Position numbers and translations under genes: made by a program
Notes under the pieces: generated by a model
Database searches by the model: none
Seen by the model: the letters and a program-made list of their open reading frames with translations, nothing else
Told to the model about the DNA's origin: nothing
Shown here: in pieces, positions 8,796 through 17,788 of the stretch
How positions within the stretch are numbered: the stretch's first letter is position 1
Layout: every line of letters begins with the position of its first letter
DNA from: a virus
Taxonomy: Duplodnaviria; Caudoviricetes
Virus record (IMG/VR): IMGVR_UViG_3300032304_000756
Span: 1 to 60,310 of that record
DNA length: 60,310 nucleotides
Direction: 5' to 3' (one strand)

Positions 8796-9896
8796 ATGGC
8801 AAAAGCAGAAGTAGTCAATCGTCAAGTTAGTCCTAATGGCGCTAAAAGTGCTATTCGTAAAGCATTTAAGAAACAGCGTCCGTTGTTCCTTTGGGGTCCT
8901 CCAGGTATTGGTAAGTCCGATATTATTCACCAATTAGGTGACGAGATGGGTGCTCATGTTATTGATATTCGTCTAAGCCTGTGGGAGCCGACAGATATCA
9001 AAGGTATTCCGTATTTTGATAGTAATTCTGGTACTATGGTATGGGGTAGCCCAAGCGAACTGCCTACAGAGGCGTTTGCCAAAAATTTCCCCCACGTAAT
9101 TTTGTTCTTAGACGAAATGAACAGTGCCGCACCTAGCGTACAGGCCGCGGCGTATCAGTTGATTTTGAATCGTCGTGTTGGACAGTATCGTCTGCCCAAT
9201 AACGTACTAATCGTTGCCGCTGGTAACCGTGAAGCAGACAAAGGTGTTACTTATCGTATGCCTGCTCCGTTGGCTAACCGTTTCGTTCACTTGGAAATGC
9301 GTGTGGACTTTGATGACTGGTCTATGTGGGCTACTAACAATCGTGTACACAAAGATGTGGTTGGCTACTGCACTTTCGCAAAGAAAGACTTGTACGACTT
9401 TGATCCAAAAAGTTCAAGCCGTGCATTTGCTACTCCTCGTTCTTGGAGTTTCGTGTCTGAGTTGTTGGAAGATGACGACACCAACGATGAAACACTGATG
9501 GATTTGATTGCTGGTGCTGTGGGTGAAGGATTGGCTATTAAGTTTATGGCTCACCGAAAAGTGTCTAGCAAACTGCCTAAGCCTGAAGATATTTTGGCAG
9601 GCAAAGTTAAAAAACTAGACAGCAAGATTGAAATCAGTGCTATGTACTCTCTGACTGTGTCTATGTGCTATGAGCTCAAAGATTCTACAGAAAAACAAGA
9701 TAAGAAGTTTGACGAAAAAGTTAATAACTTCTTCCGTTTCATGATGGATAATTTTGAAACTGAATTGGTTGTTATGGGTACAAAACTTGCACTTACTCAA
9801 TATCAACTTCCATTGGATCCGGACGAAATTGAATGTTTCGACGAGTTCCACGACAAGTTTGGTAAGTACATCGCGGCCGCACAGGACAAGCGATAA
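8796..9896 (+). CDS. MoxR-like AAA+ ATPase
   Basis: Walker A 'GPPGIGKS', Walker B 'ILFLDEMN', 'AAGN', 'PLANRF', 'TPRSW'. Confidence 0.9.
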   Translation: MAKAEVVNRQVSPNGAKSAIRKAFKKQRPLFLWGPPGIGKSDIIHQLGDEMGAHVIDIRLSLWEPTDIKGIPYFDSNSGTMVWGSPSELPTEAFAKNFPHVILFLDEMNSAAPSVQAAAYQLILNRRVGQYRLPNNVLIVAAGNREADKGVTYRMPAPLANRFVHLEMRVDFDDWSMWATNNRVHKDVVGYCTFAKKDLYDFDPKSSSRAFATPRSWSFVSELLEDDDTNDETLMDLIAGAVGEGLAIKFMAHRKVSSKLPKPEDILAGKVKKLDSKIEISAMYSLTVSMCYELKDSTEKQDKKFDEKVNNFFRFMMDNFETELVVMGTKLALTQYQLPLDPDEIECFDEFHDKFGKYIAAAQDKR

Positions 9897-9900
9897 CCAA

Positions 9901-9928
9901 AATAGGGGTGCTTTACTGCACCTCTATT
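9901..9928 (+). terminator. Stem-loop (terminator-like or stabilising) after the AAA ATPase gene
   Basis: AATAGGGGTGC-TTTACT-GCACCTCTATT inverted repeat with one G-U pair. Confidence 0.55.
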
Positions 9929-9929
9929 C

Positions 9930-9958
9930 TTGACAAACGATAGAAACGACTGTATAAT
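9930..9958 (+). promoter_or_regulatory. Sigma70-type (early) promoter
   Basis: Perfect TTGACA, 17 nt, TATAAT. Confidence 0.85.
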
Positions 9959-9988
9959 ATATACATACAGTAAAGAAACGGAGCATAA

Positions 9989-11167
9989 ATGTCACATTCA
10001 CTAGATCCAATTATTGACAAGATTGTTGTAGCACGAGTAGGATTGCTATTACGACATCCATTTTTTGGTAACATGGCTACTCGTATGAAACTGGTTGATG
10101 CCAGCGATTGGTTGCCCACAGCCGCAACAGACTTCCGTAATTTCTATTTTAATAGAGACTTCTTTGAAAAAATGACTCCACGTCAAGTAGAGTTTGTGGT
10201 TGCACATGAAATTTTGCATTGTGTTTATGACCATATGATGCGTAACGAAGGACGTGAAAAACAGGTCTGGAACATTGCCGCTGACTATTGTGTTAACGGT
10301 TTGCTAAAGCGTGAACGTATTGGCGACGATCCTCCTGTTAAATTCTTTTATGACCGTAAATACGATACATGGAGTGCTGAACAAGTATACGACGAAATTT
10401 ACGAAAAATACGACCAAGAAGAACTTTCTAAATTAGGTGAAATGTTAGACGAACATTTGGATCCCGACAAAGATGGCGATGGCAACGGTCCAAAATATTC
10501 TAAAGAAGAATTAAAGAAAATCCGTGACGAAATTAAAGAAGCAATGATACAAGCGGCACAGGCCGCAGGTGCAGGTAATGTGCCTGGCGAGATTGCTCGC
10601 ATGATTAAAGAAATGACAGAACCTAAAATGAACTGGCGCGAACTATTACGTCAGCAAATTCAAAGTACTGTTAAAAATGACTTTAGTTGGGCAAAGCCAA
10701 GTCGCAAAGGTCAAATGACTGGTGCTATTTTACCAGGCTGTAACTTTGATACCAGTATTGATATCTGCGTATCATTAGACATGTCTGGTTCCATTACTGA
10801 TGAAATGGGTTCCGACTTTATCGGAGAAATCAAAGGCATTATGGAGGAGTTTAAAGACTTCAACATTAAAATCTGGTGCTTTGATACTAAGGTATATAAC
10901 GAACAAGACTTTAACGGATATACCGCAGACGAAATTGCCGAATACGAAATTATGGGCGGTGGTGGTACAGACTTTATGTGTAACTGGGAATACATGAAAG
11001 AGCATGATATTAACCCTAAGAAGTTTATTATGTTTACAGACGGTTATCCTTGGGACAGTTGGGGCGACGAAGATTACTGTGATACAATCTTTATTATTCA
11101 CGGTAATGATACTATTGTTCCTCCGTTTGGAACTCATGCATATTATGAGTTTCCAGATAAAAAGTAA
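9989..11167 (+). CDS. HEXXH metallopeptidase-like + VWA-like domain protein (MoxR partner)
   Basis: 'TAATD', 'VAHEILH', 'WNIAADY', MIDAS-like 'LDMSGSI', 'GGGGTDF', 'FTDG'. Confidence 0.85.
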   Translation: MSHSLDPIIDKIVVARVGLLLRHPFFGNMATRMKLVDASDWLPTAATDFRNFYFNRDFFEKMTPRQVEFVVAHEILHCVYDHMMRNEGREKQVWNIAADYCVNGLLKRERIGDDPPVKFFYDRKYDTWSAEQVYDEIYEKYDQEELSKLGEMLDEHLDPDKDGDGNGPKYSKEELKKIRDEIKEAMIQAAQAAGAGNVPGEIARMIKEMTEPKMNWRELLRQQIQSTVKNDFSWAKPSRKGQMTGAILPGCNFDTSIDICVSLDMSGSITDEMGSDFIGEIKGIMEEFKDFNIKIWCFDTKVYNEQDFNGYTADEIAEYEIMGGGGTDFMCNWEYMKEHDINPKKFIMFTDGYPWDSWGDEDYCDTIFIIHGNDTIVPPFGTHAYYEFPDKK

Positions 11168-11451
11168 TGACAAATACTATCAAGATAAACCCGCTTAATG
11201 TATTAGGATATAGGGAGGTGCAAGATCCGCCTCCTTATTTTCATTATCAATATTTGGATCTTAAATATAATATCGTTGGGTCTGTTAGAGATTGGATCTA
11301 CGAAAATCTAAAACACCGATTTTACATAGGTGAATGCTTAGTATTAGAAAACAACCAATATAAAACCAAAATTAAAATAGGGTTTGAAGAGCCAAAAGAG
11401 GCCAGTTTCTTTTTACTAGCGTGTTCACATTTAAAGTACCTAAATAATTAA
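11167..11451 (+). CDS. Hypothetical protein
   Basis: TAATG coupling. Confidence 0.65.
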   Translation: MTNTIKINPLNVLGYREVQDPPPYFHYQYLDLKYNIVGSVRDWIYENLKHRFYIGECLVLENNQYKTKIKIGFEEPKEASFFLLACSHLKYLNN

Positions 11452-11483
11452 CTGCATATATAATAATACAAAGGAGTATAATT

Positions 11484-11720
11484 ATGACTGAAAAAACCGA
11501 AACTCAAGAAGTAACACAACAAACTGCGCCAGCAACAGAGGCGCAACAATCAGTAGATTTAAATGTTCAAGATTTGAATATGCTGAGAAGTATCATCGAT
11601 CTTGCGGCACAGCGTGGTGCATTCAAGCCAGCCGAAATGGCGGCAATTGGCGGAGTGTATAATAAGCTCAATGGATTTTTAGAGGGCGTTGCTAAACAAG
11701 GACAACAACAAAATGGTTAA
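11484..11720 (+). CDS. Hypothetical protein
   Basis: AAGGAG SD. 'IIDLAAQRGAFKPAEMAAIGGVYNKL'. Confidence 0.75.
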   Translation: MTEKTETQEVTQQTAPATEAQQSVDLNVQDLNMLRSIIDLAAQRGAFKPAEMAAIGGVYNKLNGFLEGVAKQGQQQNG

Positions 11721-12330
11721 TTTAAAACACGTAGGACGTATCAAAGCAAATGGACGTAAAGTTATCATTGCTTATAGAACATTACCCGGTGAAAGCGATG
11801 CCGCACTAGTGGTTGATTCTGCTAGCCTATCCGATGATCAGCACGATGCGATTATTAAATTGGTCGAAAGTCCAGCAGGACAAAGTGCATACGAGTTTGC
11901 AGAAGCAATGGCTCGTACGAATTTTCCCGATGGTAGTATTATTCTTGCTAACTTGCATTATCACGGTAAACTTATTAAGTTCAAGACATCCGAAATTGAG
12001 ATGACCCCGTCCATGCAGGCTATCATTAGTTTAGATCAACTTAACCAGATTATTGCAGAACAGCGCGGTATCAGTGTTAACGATCTAGCATTAGGTGGCG
12101 GGTCTGCGGCAACTGAAGTGGCAACTATAAAAGATATTTCTAACACAACTAAAACAGATGTTGTGGCAGAAAGTCAGGTTGCAAAAATTAACGAGCAACC
12201 GCTAACTGATGAAGATTTGGCAAAGTCATATCGTAGTCAAGCGGATCGTTTAAGCAAAGAAGCCGCTGAGTTGCGTCGTCAAGCAGAAGCACTAGTGCCT
12301 ACTAAGAAGAAGGTCACTGTTGAAGCGTGA
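11713..12330 (+). CDS. Hypothetical protein with C-terminal coiled coil
   Basis: ATG at 11713. Confidence 0.75.
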   Translation: MVNLKHVGRIKANGRKVIIAYRTLPGESDAALVVDSASLSDDQHDAIIKLVESPAGQSAYEFAEAMARTNFPDGSIILANLHYHGKLIKFKTSEIEMTPSMQAIISLDQLNQIIAEQRGISVNDLALGGGSAATEVATIKDISNTTKTDVVAESQVAKINEQPLTDEDLAKSYRSQADRLSKEAAELRRQAEALVPTKKKVTVEA

Positions 12331-12647
12331 AGAAAAAATCTCTGCCAAAAGATGTTGTAGATCAATGGCCAGAGGTTTTTAGTGATGTAGATGTTAAAGC
12401 AATTCCCATACCCTATCTTTATTCGATGAGGATCATCTTTAAAGATGGAAAAATATGGGATATTAATATACACGATCACGCTAGAAAAAATAGCATAGAC
12501 GACCTCGAAGCACATCTTTCCGAACTGATTACTACCTATGAAGATTCTATAGAACATATAGACTTCAGGTTGGATGTTGAGCGGGTCAAGAAAGATGTTA
12601 TGAAAAAAACAAAGAGTTTTCTTAAAAAACCAAAGAATAATATATGA
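12327..12647 (+). CDS. Hypothetical protein
   Basis: GTGA coupling. Confidence 0.65.
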   Translation: MKKKSLPKDVVDQWPEVFSDVDVKAIPIPYLYSMRIIFKDGKIWDINIHDHARKNSIDDLEAHLSELITTYEDSIEHIDFRLDVERVKKDVMKKTKSFLKKPKNNI

Positions 12648-13177
12648 TAGCGGCACTATTTGCAGTAGACGACATAGGCGGTATGGGATGGAAGGGTTCG
12701 TTGCCATGGCCCAGTAACAAAGATGATATGAAATGGTTTAAGACTGTTACACAAAATCAAGTGGTTGTTATGGGTCGTAAAACATGGGAAAGTCCAGATA
12801 TGCCCAGTCCGTTACCTGGACGATTAAATGCGTTGTTCACCAATAAGTTTCTCGAAAGAGAAGATATAGAACAGATTCGGGGCGATGTATGCGAAGCACT
12901 AAAAAATTTAAAACAAACAAATAGACGTAAAAATATATTTGTCATAGGCGGTCCAAATTTAATTTTGCAGTCTAGGCCCGTTTTAGATAAAGTGTATATA
13001 ACAAGGATACCTGGAGAATATTTAAATGATACCAGTATCGATTTAGCACAGTTCTTAGAAGGAATGAAACTACATCAAACAGTTAATCTCGGAACATGTA
13101 TAGTAGAAGAATATCATAATGAAACAATACCACCACGCACTAAAACACATTCTAGAAAACGGAAAGAGCAAGACTGA
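12644..13177 (+). CDS. frd: Dihydrofolate reductase
   Basis: 'LPWP', 'DMKWFK', 'VVMGRKTWES', 'PLPGRLN', 'FVIGG'. Confidence 0.92.
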   Translation: MIAALFAVDDIGGMGWKGSLPWPSNKDDMKWFKTVTQNQVVVMGRKTWESPDMPSPLPGRLNALFTNKFLEREDIEQIRGDVCEALKNLKQTNRRKNIFVIGGPNLILQSRPVLDKVYITRIPGEYLNDTSIDLAQFLEGMKLHQTVNLGTCIVEEYHNETIPPRTKTHSRKRKEQD

Positions 13178-13946
13178 TAGAACGGGTGTAGGTACTCGTA
13201 GCGTATTTGGTTATCAAATGCGTTTTAATCTGCAAGAAGGTTTTCCAGCAGTTACTACTAAGAAGCTCGCTTGGCGAGCAGTAGTTTCGGAACTTCTTTG
13301 GTTTTTAGAGGGTAGCGGCGATGAACGCCGTCTTGCAGAGATCCTACATAACACACGAGCTCCAGAAAAGAAAACAATCTGGACTGCAAACGCTGAAGCA
13401 GATTATTGGAAACCCAAAGCAAAATATGAAGGCGACTTAGGTCGCGTGTATGGCGTTCAATGGCGAGACTTTAAAGGCGTGGATCAAATATACAATCTAA
13501 TTGAAGGTATTAAAAAAGATCCTACTGGACGCAGACACATTCTCACAGCATGGAATCCTGCTGAATTAGATCAAATGGCACTGCCGCCATGTCATGTGTT
13601 AAGTCAGTTCGATGTCACAGATGGCAGATTAAGTTGTCAACTGTATCAACGTAGTTGCGATATGTTCTTAGGTGTACCATTTAATATTGCTAGTTATAGT
13701 TTACTAACGCACATCATTGCACAAGAATGCAATTTAAAAGTTGGGGATTTTGTTTGGACTGGTGGTGACTGTCATATCTACAATAATCATGTGGATGCAG
13801 TAAACGAACAACTGGCAAGAACTCCAAAAGATCTTCCTACACTGTTTATAGCAGTCAATAAAAAAATCGCCGAGTTTGTAGTCGACGATTTTATATTAGA
13901 AAATTACAATCCTGATCCTGCTATTAAAGCAGATATGGCTGTTTAA
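13119..13946 (+). CDS. thyA: Thymidylate synthase (ThyA type)
   Basis: 'DRTGVGT', 'ELLWFL', 'YGVQWR', 'MALPPCH', 'YQRSCDMFLGVPFNIASY', 'HIYNNH'. Confidence 0.97.
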   Translation: MKQYHHALKHILENGKSKTDRTGVGTRSVFGYQMRFNLQEGFPAVTTKKLAWRAVVSELLWFLEGSGDERRLAEILHNTRAPEKKTIWTANAEADYWKPKAKYEGDLGRVYGVQWRDFKGVDQIYNLIEGIKKDPTGRRHILTAWNPAELDQMALPPCHVLSQFDVTDGRLSCQLYQRSCDMFLGVPFNIASYSLLTHIIAQECNLKVGDFVWTGGDCHIYNNHVDAVNEQLARTPKDLPTLFIAVNKKIAEFVVDDFILENYNPDPAIKADMAV

Positions 13947-15886
13947 AGAACTAAACACTCCACTAGTTTAATATCTGTATTGTCAGATGTTTCCAGTGCA
14001 ATAGCAAATACATCATTATGAGAATGTAGTGCTCCAGCAACAGCAACTCCTCCGTCAGAAGCAATCATTCTGTCGCCCTTCTTAACACGGCCTGTAACTT
14101 TGACTGGAACACGGCCTTTTAGTGCTACATAGACTCCGCCTTCTAATCCACTGTTCATCATATAAGCAGGATTTCCAGATATTACACCAATTGCACGTGA
14201 AGCAAATGTGCAGGCAGTAATTTCTTTTTCTCCACCAACCATAACAACTGTACCAACTTCGTAGTCATTGTCTGGTAGATATTTTTCTGCCAAGTCAGCA
14301 TAGTTTGCGGCTGTTGCAGTACCACTAAACACGTTTGCAGTTAAGTTGCCGGCTGCGTCGCGTCGTGCAATAGTATCTGCTGTGGATGCAGTAGCAGATG
14401 CGTAACCATTTAATAATGCGGCCGAACCTGAAATACCAATATTCCATGTTCCACTGGCATCTCCACCTGTGCGTGTCGGTACATCAAAGTTAGTTCTAGC
14501 GTTAGCGGCAGTACTTGCACCTGTACCTCCACGTGCTATACTTAATGTGCCGCCTACACCAAATTGTGCATCAACATAGTTTTTTGTTGCGGCATGATTT
14601 AAACTTGTAGGATCTCCTGCAAGTGTTAGGAACCCTGTCATTGTACTGCCGTCAATTCTAACTTTTGTACTATCTTCAATAATAATATTAGTAGTGCCGT
14701 CAAAGTTAACGCCGTTTATAGTTCGTATAGTTGCTAGTTTGGTAGCACTAGTCGCATTACCATTAAATGTATTTGCTGTTAAGTTACCAACAGCATCGCG
14801 AGCGGCAATAGTATTAACACCAGCACTAACACTTGCCACGCGATAAACACCTGCTTCAACTTGTAGCGCATTTGCATTATCTGCAATACCGTAGAAGTTG
14901 GTAGCATACACTTCTTTCCATTTTTTAAGATTGGTACCAATACTAAATGTATCGTCAACACCTGGTTCTAATTTGGTTGCATTAATAGTCAATGGATTTT
15001 TAACATCTGCACCATCGCGAACTCTAAAATAAACTCGGGGACCAGTGGTATTTTGAATAACTGGTTCTGTACCAGTTTCGATGAATACTGCCAAGTCGTT
15101 GCTATCGCCTACCGTGTAACCGGAATCGCTGAAACGAACTGTTGCTGTAAAGTTTGAACTTCCTGAACGTACATAATCACTGGCTAAGAATCCGCCGAGA
15201 CGTAGTGAGTTACTGGCGGTTCCCCAATATAGATAAGTTGGGGATCCACTTACACCAGTAGTGTCGTTTACTTCTTGTAGAGTTAGTCCCTTCTTGATCA
15301 AGTTAAATCCAACAATGATAGAATCTGGATCAGATGTATCTAATGTAAATTCTTCTCTTGAAGTAATATATACTGGGATGTCATTGATGTTGGCAATGAT
15401 AATAGAATAAGTCTGCGGAGTAGTACTGCCCACTGGCAGTCCACGCACTTGCTTGGACACCATCTGCGTTACACCAGCACCTGCACTCTGTGGTCCAATT
15501 GCTAGCCAACTATCGCCGGTTCTTACCTTGAGTTGATCTCGATTTCTATCAAACCAAAAGTCGCCGTTATTAGGATAAACAGGTTCTATTGTTGTGTATT
15601 CAGCGCCGCCTATTGCTTTCCACTGCTTCACTGCACCAACTACATCGCCTGTGTAAATTTTTATTTTTTTATTACCGCTATCGTACCATAACTGTCCACG
15701 AACTGCATTTGCAGGGCTTGTGCCGCCAGCAAAGTTTTCGAGTACATGGATAAAATTCTCGTTTTGGATTTCGCCATAGCCGGCATAGTTTTTACCGATT
15801 AATTTAATATCTAAACTTTGATTGACGGTTCCGTCTTCGATTACTGCAATCGCTGTTCCGTCCCATCGGTTTATTGTATACGCCAT
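13943..15886 (-). CDS. Tail fibre protein with C-terminal intramolecular-chaperone (peptidase G2-like) domain
   Basis: Fibre repeats ('TINGVNFDGT', 'HAATKNYVD', 'IARGGTGA'). C-terminus 'YADLAEKY...GVISGNPAYMMN...VALKGRVPVKV'. Confidence 0.75.
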   Translation of the reverse strand: MAYTINRWDGTAIAVIEDGTVNQSLDIKLIGKNYAGYGEIQNENFIHVLENFAGGTSPANAVRGQLWYDSGNKKIKIYTGDVVGAVKQWKAIGGAEYTTIEPVYPNNGDFWFDRNRDQLKVRTGDSWLAIGPQSAGAGVTQMVSKQVRGLPVGSTTPQTYSIIIANINDIPVYITSREEFTLDTSDPDSIIVGFNLIKKGLTLQEVNDTTGVSGSPTYLYWGTASNSLRLGGFLASDYVRSGSSNFTATVRFSDSGYTVGDSNDLAVFIETGTEPVIQNTTGPRVYFRVRDGADVKNPLTINATKLEPGVDDTFSIGTNLKKWKEVYATNFYGIADNANALQVEAGVYRVASVSAGVNTIAARDAVGNLTANTFNGNATSATKLATIRTINGVNFDGTTNIIIEDSTKVRIDGSTMTGFLTLAGDPTSLNHAATKNYVDAQFGVGGTLSIARGGTGASTAANARTNFDVPTRTGGDASGTWNIGISGSAALLNGYASATASTADTIARRDAAGNLTANVFSGTATAANYADLAEKYLPDNDYEVGTVVMVGGEKEITACTFASRAIGVISGNPAYMMNSGLEGGVYVALKGRVPVKVTGRVKKGDRMIASDGGVAVAGALHSHNDVFAIALETSDNTDIKLVECLVL

Positions 15887-15908
15887 TTGTTCTAACCCCT
15901 ATATATGT

Positions 15909-15915
15909 TATTTAT
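15909..15915 (-). promoter_or_regulatory. Late promoter box (ATAAATA on the minus strand)
   Basis: TATTTAT on the + strand just upstream of the 15886 start. Confidence 0.6.
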
Positions 15916-15940
15916 CGCTGCCACAGATTTTGAAATCTGC

Positions 15941-17788
15941 TTAATAAGGTGCATTGATATCGCTCTCAAATCCCCATTGTCCTTCTTGGGGGCTTAAACC
16001 GCCGCCCATAACAAATAATTTATCCTGTCTGGTTACCGTGATTGTAACGCTAGGACCAGTAATTGTTTGTCCAACTGCAATATCGCTGACAACTGCTTGA
16101 TTTTCTGATCCGCCGGCTTTATTAACCAAAACAGTTTGGAATTCTACGCCCACTGTAGGACTGTATGTAATATTTCCAGATCCTGCCGATAGTGATGTTC
16201 CGTGTAAACGCAGTCTTGTACCATCACGAGCTACGCCCTCCGGCGATGTTATGGGATCGTAATACGGAGCAATATTGCCTAAAATTGCCGCAATTTGATT
16301 ATTTGACAATCCTGTTATGTCCATACTCATAGAAATACCACGGTCAAACACTCGAGCATCTGTGTAACCTTTAGTGGCAGCATCTTGCTCATCTACTGGA
16401 TCTGCTAGGTCAACTACTCGCTTACTGCTTAACGCAACATTGTTGGCTGGGTTTAAAATCAAGTTCGAAGCCGCTGTGCTGATTGTTGTATTGTTAATGA
16501 ATGTAGAATTGTCAACGTTGAGTAACTGTAATGCACCCAATGTTTGTAAACTGGAATTTATTACGCCAGCACCCAATGTGTCTGTGGTTAGCACACTCAC
16601 GTTATTAATTCTATAAGCATTGCCTGTTGATAGATTCCAATTGATGTTAGAACTCCAACTTGTGTTGGCTACATCGTATAATATAGTTTTTTGAGTAGTG
16701 CCTTCTAAGATAATTCCGCCGCCGTCTGCGGCTGCATCTGTAGGAGTGCTTGGTGTTTTTCCAAGTATTATGTTCTTATCTTCTATTTCAAGAACTGTGG
16801 TGTTCAACGTAACAGTGTCGCCGCCAACAAATAAATCTCCTGCTATTCTGACATTACCATTAACGTCCAATGTTGCAGAGGGTAATTCTCGAAAAATACC
16901 AACTCTAGTATTAATTGCATCAATGGTGATTGCTTCAATTGTGCCCGTTGGTGATTTAATTTTTATACCAATATCCTGACCTGTAAGTTTATGTTCAATG
17001 GTAAACTTTCCGCCATCAATTTTTAAGTCCACATCTTCTGATGAACCGATAATTAAACCTGTATCTGATTGCAGTGTCAGACTTCCAACAATAACCTGAT
17101 CTTCGTCGTTGTACACAATTTGTTCTGCAGATTTTAAATCGCCTGTGGCTGTTAAAATATTTTCAGCACGAGTAACAACAGCGTCAAACTTCATGTCTGG
17201 GAGAGAGCCTGCATTGAATCCAACTTGTATATCTTTGATTGCATCGTCATACCCAACTATCGGTTGTGCTGGCGTAAATGCATCTCTGCTGAATAGTCCC
17301 AATAGCGTACTAGCAACATATAGTTTTGCAACAGAGTGACCTCTGTTAAAATTATCCAACACAGTTTCAACTACAAACCCTGTAGTGCCTTGAATATTGT
17401 TGTATATTGGTCCTGCTAGTGTTAAGTCTGTGCCGTCATAGAACCACAACTGATTTGTTTCGTTGTTGATCCATAAGTCGCCCGCAACTAAATTGGTAGG
17501 AGTTCTATTTCCAACAACAGGACCACCAGCCGCTCTAAAATCGCTGCCGTCATAAACATTTAATCTTCCGCTGCCTGTGTCATACCATAACTGTCCTTTA
17601 AGAGCAGATTCGGGTGCGCTGGAACTAGCAAAATTTTCTAATAACTTTACTAAATTTTCATTATACGATTCACCAAATGATGTGACGTTTTTGCCTATCA
17701 ACGTTAAAGATGTTGTATTGGTATCGAACGTACCGTCTGGTAAGTCAACTAATTGATTGCCGTCTGTTTTGTTAATTCTATATGTCAT
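15941..17788 (-). CDS. Tail fibre / baseplate-associated structural protein
   Basis: Shares its N-terminal module with both neighbours. 'LADPVDEQDAATKGY' is a fibre motif. Confidence 0.7.
   Translation of the reverse strand: MTYRINKTDGNQLVDLPDGTFDTNTTSLTLIGKNVTSFGESYNENLVKLLENFASSSAPESALKGQLWYDTGSGRLNVYDGSDFRAAGGPVVGNRTPTNLVAGDLWINNETNQLWFYDGTDLTLAGPIYNNIQGTTGFVVETVLDNFNRGHSVAKLYVASTLLGLFSRDAFTPAQPIVGYDDAIKDIQVGFNAGSLPDMKFDAVVTRAENILTATGDLKSAEQIVYNDEDQVIVGSLTLQSDTGLIIGSSEDVDLKIDGGKFTIEHKLTGQDIGIKIKSPTGTIEAITIDAINTRVGIFRELPSATLDVNGNVRIAGDLFVGGDTVTLNTTVLEIEDKNIILGKTPSTPTDAAADGGGIILEGTTQKTILYDVANTSWSSNINWNLSTGNAYRINNVSVLTTDTLGAGVINSSLQTLGALQLLNVDNSTFINNTTISTAASNLILNPANNVALSSKRVVDLADPVDEQDAATKGYTDARVFDRGISMSMDITGLSNNQIAAILGNIAPYYDPITSPEGVARDGTRLRLHGTSLSAGSGNITYSPTVGVEFQTVLVNKAGGSENQAVVSDIAVGQTITGPSVTITVTRQDKLFVMGGGLSPQEGQWGFESDINAPY

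Noticed and set aside
13119-13177. 59-nt DHFR/thyA overlap as a possible frameshift fusion
   Set aside because: thyA has its own ATG and a complete N-terminus, and no slippery site with a stem was seen. The DHFR tail is most simply a run-on extension.
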